Origin: Psammoneis japonica
Lineage: Eukaryota
Reading direction: 5' to 3'
Length of the DNA stretch: 64,000 nt
Assembly (NCBI GenBank): GCA_008632985.1
Contig: QPGO01000021.1
Span: 620,001 to 684,000 of the forward strand
Shown here: positions 32,082 through 42,404 of the stretch, in pieces
Position numbering within the stretch: position 1 is the stretch's first letter
How the letters are laid out: each line of letters opens with the position of its first letter
Notes under the pieces: model-generated
What the model was told of the DNA's origin: nothing
The model's input: only the letters and a program-made list of their open reading frames with translations
Databases searched by the model: none
Program-made: the position numbers and the translations under genes

Positions 32082-33300
32082 ATATGGCAATTGATTCTTC
32101 GGCGGCTTCCCCATTTATCAGTGTACAACAGGAGAGTCACAACATGTTTCTTGCAGTCATATGCTAGTCGATACAGCGTTGCGCCTTGCACACGAGTAAA
32201 CCTGTCGCAAAATTCGAGCAACCTTGTCGTGTTTAGAAACATCGTATCCAACGTACCGTGCACCCGCTTTTTCTATTCGGGTTAGCTTTTTTGAAGACTC
32301 TTGTGAAAGAATGACAGATGACTTCAAATGGCATTTAAAGCTGTGGCGGATTTATTAACAAAGCCTGCAAACAAATGGGGCATCTGGGAGGGAGAAATGA
32401 AATGTTCAAAGCATCTCCCCCACATTCACCGCCTGCTTCGGATTTTTTGGTCATGTTTTGTCTGTACTGTAAGACCCGCTTTGCTTCTGTGTGCTTTTTG
32501 TCTGATCCTATTTTTACGAAACCTAGCAAGGGCCGAGCTTCCCCAGCAGCTGTTGACATCCTGTGGACAGCAGCACAATCCGCGAGCAGGCAAGGTGAAA
32601 ATGCCATCGCCGGCCATGTTGACGTTACCAAGCATTCCTTGTCGAGTGTTTCGAAGGGTCGTCAAACGTTGTCGTTCTTTCAAATGGCAGATCCACACTG
32701 CAAGATTTAGCAAGCAGCTCCAATTGCTGACAAAGACCATCAAGATTGTGTTCAATGAGCATTTTTCTTGACAGGAGGATGTCATTGAAATTGTCATTCA
32801 TTGCCCATTGCACTGCACTGGGTTCCAGATCTGAGCAAATGCCACCTGTCCAGCATGGCTCTCACTTGTTCAGAGTTCCAGCTGGGTGGATGATCATGCA
32901 AGGCAGGTGTGCAAATGAACATCTTCCACACCCTGATCTCATTTCAGCAGTGCCACTGATGCTCCTTGCACTCTTCCAACTGTCGACTGAATTCAGATGG
33001 AGGCACCCTGCATCTTTTGCAGAGATTTTCATCACTCTCCCTTTTTTCCAACAACTTGTGCTGTCAAACATGTTGTGCTTTGGCAACTTTGCCTTCACAA
33101 TCATCTCAAAGGCATCATTGCACAAGTTCTCCATTGACTGGAGAGATGGTCAAGGAACAAATCATGCACCATTGACAAAAGATGCAGCGCAGCTCTTGCA
33201 CTTGTCTGCAGAGCAGGCAATTTGGCCACCATGCAACCTGGTGGTGAGAAACTTGCACAGCGCAGATTGGGAAAGCTTTTTGTGTCATTGGCAACAGGGT
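31290..33300 (+). repeat. Segmental duplication, copy A (GT 3' half + intergenic DNA + lipase 3' end); copy B at ~41183-43050
   Basis: ACTAGTCGACTCGTTGT..AGCAGAATGAAAGGTGTTCT occurs at ~31290 and ~41183; colinear similarity continues into the lipase 3' end. Confidence 0.9.
32640..33300 (-). pseudogene. Hypermutated 3' fragment of the class-3 lipase paralogue
   Basis: QWAMNDNFNDILLSRKMLIEHNLD and MENLCNDAFEMIVKAKLPKH align with QWAMNEDFNDILLSRKMLVEHDPD and MENLRNDVLEMIARIKVPKH of the intact gene; reading frame broken. Confidence 0.9.
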
Positions 33301-36300
33301 CGTTGCTTCTCAACTGCTTGGTGTCCTTTTTCTCTCAGAAAAATCAGGTGAGATGGAATTTTTTTGCTGTTTTTGGAGGGAAGACTTTGTTCTTTGCATT
33401 CATTGCTGACAGTGTGGGGTGGTTGCTTGAAATTTCCTGTTCCTTGTTTTGACACTGTGAAGTCTGGCCAATCTGGTGGCTCATTGGGAGGGGGGGGGGG
33501 CATGTTCCAGCCCCAGGTGTGGCGACGGTTGCAGCCACTTGTCAAATCTGACTTTTTGCACATTTTTGAGCACTGGACATTTTGCAATCACCTGTGTGAG
33601 AGCTTGTGCTCACAGCAGCAGCATGGGCACAAACAACAGCATGGGGTGCAATTTTTTGCAAGAAAAAACATGTCAGCACACAGCTGTGTTGACCACCCAT
33701 GCCCACCATCGCGCTCATTGCATCTTGTTGGACGAGACCCATTCCCAGAATTTTGACACAAAAACAACACAGCAGCCCAAGTTGAGTGTGGTGCTTTGAC
33801 TGCACAACTTGAAACCACAGCTTGTGCTCAGAAAAGGGCCAAAGCAACCCATGTGAGACAGTGCTCCTGTGCTTTTTGCACTGAATCACATGCAAAGCAA
33901 ACTGCACATCTTCAGCAAGTTGCAGAGCAACAAAAACAATGATGCAGCACACCAACTTGAGTGCAAAAGATTTGACGAGGCACTGAAACACTTGCAAAGC
34001 TCTCAACCATGACAGAGTTCAGTTGCCCCAATGCCAGCATGGCTGGCTGGGCATGGCATCTCAACTGCAGCTTTTGTGCTTTGTTTTGGGGCCTTGGCAC
34101 CAATGTCTCTCTGTCTTTCTTTTTGCAATGTGTTTCAAAGGAAACAGCAGGTTGCTCCTCAAGAGATTTTCCAAGGACTCTTGCACTGATGGCAGTGTCC
34201 ACTGCAAAAAGTGCATGGTGCACCACTGTGATTTTTTCACTGAAAAGCAATGATGATGTGAGCTGTGCCACAAAAGCTTTAAAAAAAAAGTGGGCGCGCA
34301 CACCCTTGACTTTGTGCATGGGGAAACAGACAAATCACTTTCTACAAAGCAGTCTTTTGGCACAAAAAATGCAACACAAGTGTGTGCTGGTGATGTGGTG
34401 GTGGGTGTGTGCTTGAGTTGTGATTTTGGAGAAAGCAACAGCTGGACAAGGAATTTGTGGAAAACCCAAATGGGCGGCACACTTCTTGATGAGCTTTGGT
34501 CTTTTTTTGGACCACCTGGCATGGAGATGGAGAACAAGCCAGGAGGGGTTGGCACAGACCATTTCTCACACATGGACAAATCCATGAAGTCTTGATTTTT
34601 GCATGTGTGAGGTGTGCTTTTTTAAGGGCAGCAACCCTGTGCACAAGTTGAGAGCTCCATGCACCAGAGCTCTCAAGATTTCAGGATTTTGGAGTTTGGT
34701 GAGGATCATCTTTGAATGGTGCTGGGAGAGGCAAGCTGCACAGCCTCTCTTTGCAAACACACACTTTTGCAGCAACTTGTGCACTTGTCACCACAGCAGA
34801 CCAACTGTCCTGAAGCAAGACTTGGACAGATCACAAAAGTTCCCTGCACCCCACCTGCTCCTGAGCTTCAAGATCTGGAACAACCCACTGGACAGCAACA
34901 AGGTTGCTCAGCACCATTTTTGCCCACCTGCGTGTCTGCAAGGCAACATGAGAGCCAACCACAAGAGCTGAAGTGAAGGCACAATTTCTTGTCCTTACTT
35001 TTTGACTCAGAGCAGGGAACATGCTAAAAAATGATGGGAGGGAAAGGCCCAGGTTCATTGTGGAACCCCACAAATGCACGGAGACCTCCTCCTGCAGAGA
35101 TCTGTGTGCATTTTTGCATGAGCTGGCGCTGAAAACATTTGGCCCACACATGCCAAACTGGCACAGTTTTTGTTGCCAAATTTTGAAAATGTGCCTGATT
35201 TGCAAGACAGCTCTGGTGCAAAATGCAAACGAGAATCTGTGCTTTTCAGGTTGCATGTTCCCGCACATTTGCGGGGCTCCACAATCCACAACAAAGGTGC
35301 TGCAAAGACACCAAACAACAATGCACTTCCTCAGCACCATTTTCTCATTCCTGCATGTCCACAAGACAACATGAGAGTCAAGTGTGCAAGAGCCAAAGTG
35401 AAAGCACAATGAGCGTTCTTGCCTTTTGACTCCTTTGGCAGAGGGAACATGCTGAAAAATGATGGGAGGAAGAGGTCATCTTCTTTTTTGCATCTTGTGA
35501 GCACTCTGGCCATTTGGTTTTGTCACAGGAAGCAAACAACTCCAAATGGTCTGAGCTCTTCTTGTTTGCCCAGTGTGCCCACAGCTCCTCAACCACATTG
35601 ACCACCTGTCACTCCAGCTGTGCTGAGACAACATGACACCATTTTGACATGCTTCACCCTGCTGGCTGCTCCAGCCTTTTTTTGCCTCACGCAACATTGT
35701 GCATTGGTGCTGGGAGCTGCAATCTTCTTTTGGGTGTTGTCCAAGTCCACATGCAAAGATGCGCAGAAAGCTTGCAAAGATGTGCTGCCCCTGTGCCTGG
35801 GATCTTGATGACAAAATTGACCATGTGCACAAACAGCAGACCTCTGCCTTTCTTGCCTTTTTGGCTCACCTGGAACAAGCTGGAGAGTTGTGACAGTTGT
35901 GAGAAAGTTCAGAGCACCCTCAAACTGTGTGAATCAATGTTGCTGACCAGAGCCACTGCAACTGCAGCTCACTGGGTTGTTGTCACTTGAGCGTTTCTGT
36001 TGCTTCTGTTTGGTCATCATTTTTCCACATGACTTGGCTCTGGCATCATTGGCCAGCATCATCCATTGGAAAGTGGACATTTGCACTGTTGTGTCTTTGA
36101 CATCAGAGCAAACTTGCCAAGCCAGATCAGCGCACTTGGCTTTTGAAAGCCCGTCACTGGCTCCATTTTGGATCTTTGGCACAGTTGATTGTGCAACCAC
36201 AAAACCCTGTGATGCTGTGCCAATGGCCAGCTTTTTCTTCTGATGCAATCTCCAATCTGATGTCATTTGGCAGGGCCACCCTCATCAATGTGTTTTCCAA

Positions 36301-36900
36301 AGGCGCTGGTTGGCACTCCAAGAACTTCAGCAAGTGCCTCTGTTGCTTGTCCAAGCTTTTGCAGTTGCGCTGCAGCCTTTCTTGCCAAGCCACCCACTCA
36401 TGGCCTTTGTCATGATTGACAGAGATGAGGCTCCCTTGGGCTGGCTTGCCAAGCTTCTTTGCTGCAACAGACGCTCCGCTTTTGTTGCCATCTGCTGGCA
36501 CCTTGTGCTTTTTTGCCAGCACTGGCAACTTCAGTGCTGCCTTGATCGTTCTTGGCGGCTGCAGCAATCTTTTTGCTGGACCTGCTGCTCTCTTTTTCAT
36601 CATGGGTGTGAAGAAAATGCCTTGCCACTTCCTGGCAGAGCTGCTGGCAGCTTTTTTTGCAAACTGCGACATCTTCTCTTTTTCTTGGGCAACCACATCA
36701 CCTCTTCTTCTTTTTGAGAAGAGCAAGCCAGTGATGGAGGAGAGCTTTACTTTCTTTGCATTTTCTTGTGTTTTGGAGGGCTTCAAAAGTGGCAACTGGT
36801 GTCCCACGTAGAGATCAGGATTGTTTCCATGTCGAAATGCTTTTCGAGGGACAAAAATGACAACAACATGGCATTTCGGAGCACAATCATTGTTTTCTGG
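32680..36900. other. CpG/TpA-depleted tract 4 (lipase remnant, decayed minus-strand gene starting near 36930, internal repeat)
   Basis: Dinucleotide composition; direct comparison with the intact duplicate. Confidence 0.9.
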
Positions 36901-37191
36901 CCAGCGCGATGAGATCTTTTGATCTTTCATTTATGTACAGCTCGTCAAAAGAGCGGGAAAATGGAACATTGAATTTTTTCAGGTCTGGATTTTTTAGCAA
37001 GCGTTGGGGTGGACCGGATGCGGATCAAATCTGGCGCGAAAAAAGATCTTGCGCTTCCTTATTCTGAATTCTGTCGGTCTTAGCTTTTTCTGGATTGTTC
37101 TACAACGAAAAACCAATGCTGCAACATGAAAGAGGAGAGCGAAGTCGCTTTCAGTTCGGCTTGAGACGTTGTTTGATCTAAAGCGAGCAAC

Positions 37192-40100
37192 ATGGGCAAC
37201 AGCGCTAGCACGGTCGCTGAGGCGGCGACAAGGCCTCTTATGATAAACACTTGCGAAAAGGAGCCAGGATACGTCGACGTGAATAAGGGCCACGTCCTTG
37301 CAGACGTGCGTCGGCTTATGAAAGAAGAATTCGACGCTGACATGCTTCCAAAAGGCGAGTATTACTTTTGCCGTGACGGCACGCGTGTATCTTCAAAGCA
37401 AGAAAGGCATCTTTCATGCTGGAATCTGTGTGAGAGTGAAATTAGCATTCACGAGAAAAAACGGAAACCGGACTTGAGTAGCTCTGAAGAGACGGCCTTA
37501 CCGATTAAGAAAGCGCGTCAAGAAGAAGGAGGAGGAGGCGATTCCAAGAAGCCGTTTGCTGGGAACATGCAACTTGGAGAGTCTTACCATACACTCCAGA
37601 ACGATTTTTCTCAGTCCAAGGTCGGTCAGGATATAGAAAAAGTCGAGCATGCGGAAAAACACAGCCATGGTGGCGTGGCTCGAGTAAGCTCTGCTGCCAC
37701 TTTTGTTGAGACCATGTACGATGAAGAGAAGGAAGCCGGTAAAGAGGCCGCCGTAACTTTGCTGTCCAAGAATCACCAAAGCGATGGCGGCCCGATTCTG
37801 AAGAGTGATCGTCAAGAACTACGCGTCTTGAAGAAGAGCCATGACAAAGAAGAATGCCTCAAGAAGACTGTAACTATGCCAGTGACTCCGGAAAAAGCTA
37901 GAGGCTTGCAAGTTGAAGACCCACTGGCTGCATCTCCGACAGGTATCGGGCGTCTCGGCGACGAAGAGATTGAGGTTTGTGAAGCTGAATCGGAATACGA
38001 AGCTCACAAATTGAACGATCAAGCTTTGGAGAAGAGTCGCACTGTGCTCAGGGATATTGATGCGATGCTTAAGGAGAATCCACTTTTTTGTTCAGAAACT
38101 CGTCGACAAGAGTGGTATAACGAGATTGCTCAAGACCTCGCAAAGTCGGCACCGCAGACGACGATTGGCGTACTGGGAAACACAGGCACAGGAAAGTCGA
38201 GCATGCTGAATGCTTTGATTCAAGAATCTGCCGTTTTGCCTACTTCTGGTTCTCGTGGCTGCACTGCTGCGGTTGTGGAACTCCGCTTTAACTCAGACTT
38301 GTCTGGTACAATCGAGGAGCAAGTGCCGGTGTACAAGGGTGAAGTTGAGTTTATCAAGCTTGGTGAATGGCTGGACGAGCTTCGTCTTCTGATTGATGAA
38401 TGTAGTAATCTTGATGAGGAGAAAATTCACGCTCATATTCCGAATGGGCAGGAGGATCCCGAAGCTGCTGCTGCTTGGAACAAAATTGAACAAGTGTACG
38501 GGAGAGGAATAATGTCGCGGTATTCTCGAATGAGCAGCGAAGAAGTATATCAGGAACTTTCAAGTGATCAGCGAGTGTGCGAGCTTCTCGCTTCTCCCGA
38601 TGGAAACGAGAATACTCACAACTCCATCATCGTGGAAAATGGTCAGGTTAACCAGGTTACGGCCAATGCTCTTTTACAAGACTTTGGTAAGATAAGTCGC
38701 CCCCTGCGCAGAAAAAAGTCAAGGTGGGCGCACGATTTTCGATCCACAATTAACGAGTACGTCTACCGAAAGGGTAACGGAAGCCAGCCACAGACTTGGC
38801 CATTGATTCGGAAGGTTGTTCTACACGGACCATGGCCGGTTCTATCCACTGGCGCTTGTCTTGTCGACCTTCCCGGTGTGCGTGACGCAAATGTGGCCAG
38901 AGCCAGAGTCTCGGAACAGTACCTGCAGAACTGTAGTCAAATCTGGATCGTGGCGCCAATCAAAAGGGCGGTGGATGACGGTACCGCAAAGAAGCTTTTG
39001 GGTGAACAGTTCAAACGACGGCTGCTGATGGATGGTCAGTACGGGAATGTTGCATTCATCTGCACTCAAACAGATGATTGCGAAGCCACGGAGACAATGC
39101 GAGACCACAAAGACGTGGCATTGCGCAAGCCCGGACGATGGGAGAAAATGACGGAGCTTTCCGACAAAATCGCCAACAAAGAAAAGGACCTTTCAGAATT
39201 ATTCTCCCATGAGGAGTACTTGGAAGCTGAATTCAAAGATGCGAAACAACATTGGGAGGGCGCCAAGCAGGAGCTCAAGGAACTTGAAAAAAATAAAGCT
39301 ACTGATATTGTCGACATCAACGCAACCCGTGAAGAGAAGAAATGTTGGATCCAGCATTTTGAGAATGTTGCCCGTGATACCTTGAACGAGCTTGAAGCAT
39401 GGAAAGAGGCCAATCGTGACAAACAGCTTAGTTTGCGAGGTACGTCACGTAGACTGCAGCTGCACCTCAAGACTCTGTGCGCGGAGGTGCGAAATGAGTA
39501 CAGCAAGGAATGCTTGCAGGACGATTTCCGCGCCGGTTTGGAAGAGCTGACTCGTAGAGAAGATGAAGGTGGTGCCAATGATGTCGACGACACGCCTCCT
39601 ATTCCTGGAGATTACGAAATGGATGTCTACTGCATCAGTGCCAATGACTACCTCAAGATACAGGGTATCAAGCCAACGACTGATGGCCCCGCAAACACGT
39701 TCTCATCACCGACGGATACTCAAATCCCGTCACTTCGTAAGTTTGTACATGACACCACAGCTAGACAACGAGCGATGTTCACGGAAGATTTCGTGTCGAA
39801 GTCGAGCGACATATTAAATCGAGTTAAGCTTGTTGTTACATACAATAAAGATCTTCCATGTGGGCAAGCATCGCGAAACCTTAAGGCTGCATTCGAAAAG
39901 GAGATGAAGTTGTTGAAGGATAAAGTGAAGTCCGCTGATACTAGATTCAGAGCGAAGGCTGAGATGAAGGTTCGATCCACACTGCGCCCTGCTATCGAGG
40001 CGGGTGCAGTGAAAGGCAACGCAGCCGCGATGGCCACGGTTTCCTCGTGGGGCTCAAAGAAGAGGAGAAGCTGCGATAATAGAAGCCCTAACAACAATGG

Positions 40101-40881
40101 GCTCTACTGGTCGACCTATTTTACAACAGCACGTCACGACGGAGTCTATACTTCTGAATCAGCTGGTGAAGTGGATCTGAATCAAGAGCTTTGTGATCCC
40201 ATGGAGAAGGAGTTCAGTGCGGATTGGCAACGTATCATGGACTCGTCACTGAGAGTTCTTCTGGAAGAATGCGAGGCTGAAATTCTAACTACATGTGCAT
40301 CTGTCGACAAATCCTTGTCGTTAGAATTCGACAAAGCCGGTTTGTCCCGCGATAGAATCACAAAGATGATAAACACTGCCAGCCGTAGCTGCAAGACATC
40401 TGCCAAAGATTCTTTTCAGTCAATGAAAGAGACCGCTGCTTCCACTCAGCGAACTCTCAATCGATCGTTGTTGCGAAATATACAGTCCCACATGAAGAGC
40501 GGCTACACTGCCACCATCAATGTCCCTGGTGGCTCAGGCAAGTTTGACCGCATGAAAACCGCTTTGAGCAAACACGCCGCCTCAAGTGCCCAATCCATGT
40601 TCACAAGTTCAACCGTGGAGCTGCTACAAGGAATTGGTGATTTGATTGATGAGCTCTGTTCGGAAATAAATGAAACTGGGAAGGATCTACGGAGGACCTT
40701 TGAAAGTGTATACTCCATCGCCTGGGACAACCGAAGTGAAATGCGAGCGTGTCGTAACAAACTCCTACCTGATCTCAACCGACTTGCCGAGATGCAGCGA
40801 GATGCGATGCAGTTGCTTGGAATTGAACGTGAGGACATGGAACTTGACGTCATTGCTGTTGACTGTGAGAAACCCGGTTGA
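37192..40881 (+). CDS. Large dynamin-superfamily GTPase, nuclear GTPase SLIP-GC/NUGGC-like
   Basis: G1 GNTGTGKSS, LPTSG...CTA, WPLIRKV, G3 LVDLPG, G4-like TQTD, ISANDY and TQIP.LR motifs; long helical C-terminus; extreme 3' end uncertain. Confidence 0.8.
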   Translation: MGNSASTVAEAATRPLMINTCEKEPGYVDVNKGHVLADVRRLMKEEFDADMLPKGEYYFCRDGTRVSSKQERHLSCWNLCESEISIHEKKRKPDLSSSEETALPIKKARQEEGGGGDSKKPFAGNMQLGESYHTLQNDFSQSKVGQDIEKVEHAEKHSHGGVARVSSAATFVETMYDEEKEAGKEAAVTLLSKNHQSDGGPILKSDRQELRVLKKSHDKEECLKKTVTMPVTPEKARGLQVEDPLAASPTGIGRLGDEEIEVCEAESEYEAHKLNDQALEKSRTVLRDIDAMLKENPLFCSETRRQEWYNEIAQDLAKSAPQTTIGVLGNTGTGKSSMLNALIQESAVLPTSGSRGCTAAVVELRFNSDLSGTIEEQVPVYKGEVEFIKLGEWLDELRLLIDECSNLDEEKIHAHIPNGQEDPEAAAAWNKIEQVYGRGIMSRYSRMSSEEVYQELSSDQRVCELLASPDGNENTHNSIIVENGQVNQVTANALLQDFGKISRPLRRKKSRWAHDFRSTINEYVYRKGNGSQPQTWPLIRKVVLHGPWPVLSTGACLVDLPGVRDANVARARVSEQYLQNCSQIWIVAPIKRAVDDGTAKKLLGEQFKRRLLMDGQYGNVAFICTQTDDCEATETMRDHKDVALRKPGRWEKMTELSDKIANKEKDLSELFSHEEYLEAEFKDAKQHWEGAKQELKELEKNKATDIVDINATREEKKCWIQHFENVARDTLNELEAWKEANRDKQLSLRGTSRRLQLHLKTLCAEVRNEYSKECLQDDFRAGLEELTRREDEGGANDVDDTPPIPGDYEMDVYCISANDYLKIQGIKPTTDGPANTFSSPTDTQIPSLRKFVHDTTARQRAMFTEDFVSKSSDILNRVKLVVTYNKDLPCGQASRNLKAAFEKEMKLLKDKVKSADTRFRAKAEMKVRSTLRPAIEAGAVKGNAAAMATVSSWGSKKRRSCDNRSPNNNGLYWSTYFTTARHDGVYTSESAGEVDLNQELCDPMEKEFSADWQRIMDSSLRVLLEECEAEILTTCASVDKSLSLEFDKAGLSRDRITKMINTASRSCKTSAKDSFQSMKETAASTQRTLNRSLLRNIQSHMKSGYTATINVPGGSGKFDRMKTALSKHAASSAQSMFTSSTVELLQGIGDLIDELCSEINETGKDLRRTFESVYSIAWDNRSEMRACRNKLLPDLNRLAEMQRDAMQLLGIEREDMELDVIAVDCEKPG

Positions 40882-41182
40882 CAAAGATGTTTGACGAAGC
40901 TGCCACTAAAGGGCTTGTGATTGATTCGTGCGAATCTGACGAAGATTCTGACCCACTGTAGATCGCAAGCCTGCGGCACGACCAGCTGTTGCCCCGGCCA
41001 GGATAGCTGTAAATAAGATGGAACCGCGCAGAGCCTCCATCCCCCACCCCGCTTTCCGGTGGTGAGTCTCGTTCTGAGGAACTTCCTTTTGTGGGCTCTC
41101 CTTCGTCGCCATGGTCTGCTGATTCCTATGAAGAATATTGATAAGGTAGCCTTCCGTTCAAATACTGTAGATGAAACCATTT

Positions 41183-41780
41183 ACTAGTCGACTCGTTGTA
41201 AGCAGAATGAAAGGTGTTCTAAGTATAGTCCGACCGCCCGGTATTAATGACTCGCAGTCAATAGTGTCCAATGGCGGGGCAGACTGCTTTGATGAACCTA
41301 GCCGTGGAACCAATGCAGTATTTGACAGCGTCTATCACGACTTGCGGAGAGTTCTTTTTACTACAGTCCCTCAACTTGCGACGGAGATGCAACTTTTGCT
41401 CAGCAGTACGGAGCGAAGAAGTCCAGGAACATTGCGACGATACAAGTAGACGAGAATCCAATTCATTTACATAGACAAGGATGATCAGTGGAAGAAACGA
41501 CACCCTCTGAATGTTATGCGACCTTTCGAGATTTGTATCTCCTCGGATTTGGAAATTCCGCAACTTATGGTGTAGGCGCCTACGGTGAGATGGGGCTACG
41601 CATGAGTAGCAACTATTCATGTGGAGAGCGACACGACTGCGCTCTATGTCATTGGAAAGACGGCGAATCCGAGCAGTCCTCTCCTCTCCATGCCAACCCG
41701 TGAAATTTAAGCTACAAATGGGAATGAGCATAGAAGGTACGGTTGGCAAAGCCACAGTGGTTGAAAGCTCTCCGAAATGA
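41183..41780 (+). pseudogene. 5'-truncated, internally deleted copy of the 30702-32081 glycosyltransferase
   Basis: TSRLVVSRMKGVL, FDEPSRGTNAVFDSVYHDL and YATFRDLYLLGFGN are retained; frameshifts and a deletion of ~210 bp. Confidence 0.9.
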
Positions 41781-42404
41781 CTATTGAACTTGATTCTTTG
41801 GCGGCTTTCCCCTTTGTTAACGTTCAACAGGAGAGTCACAACATGATTCTTGTAGTCGTATGCTAGCCGATACAGCATTGCCCCTTGTACACGAGTAAAC
41901 CTGTCGCGAAATTTGAGCAACCTTGTGGTGTTTGCATCGCATCCAACATACCGTGAACCCTCTTTCTATTCAGTTTGGCTTTTGAAGACTCTTGTGAAAG
42001 AATAGACTAACAGGAAACCCCAAGCGGTATTAAAGGCTATGCTCGACGCAACGCGCTGAATAGCGGATACATTTACGAAGCCTGCAAACAAGTGAGGGAG
42101 GGAGGGAGAAAGAAATGAAAGAATCATAGTATCTCCCCCCTATTTACAGCCAGCTTCTTCGGGATTTTTCATCATGTTATGTCTCCAAGACCCGCTTTGC
42201 TTCGTTTTGTTTGATCCTACGAAACCCAGCATGGCCGAGATTCCCCAGCAGCTGTTGACATCCTGTAGACAGCAGCACAATCCGGGAGTAGGCAAGGTGC
42301 AAATACGATATCGCCGGTGGTGCAAAAGTGCTTCAAATGAACTCGTTTCATGTTTCCAAGTGAATGCCACTCAATTGATATTGCCGAGTATTCATTACTG
42401 AGTG

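Noticed and set aside
33486..33500. Poly-G run as an LTR polypurine tract
   Set aside because: No adjacent LTR or paired repeat identified
32680..36900. Classical fungal RIP as the cause of the tracts
   Set aside because: RIP converts CpA to TpA and enriches TpA; here TpA is removed and CpA/TpG accumulate
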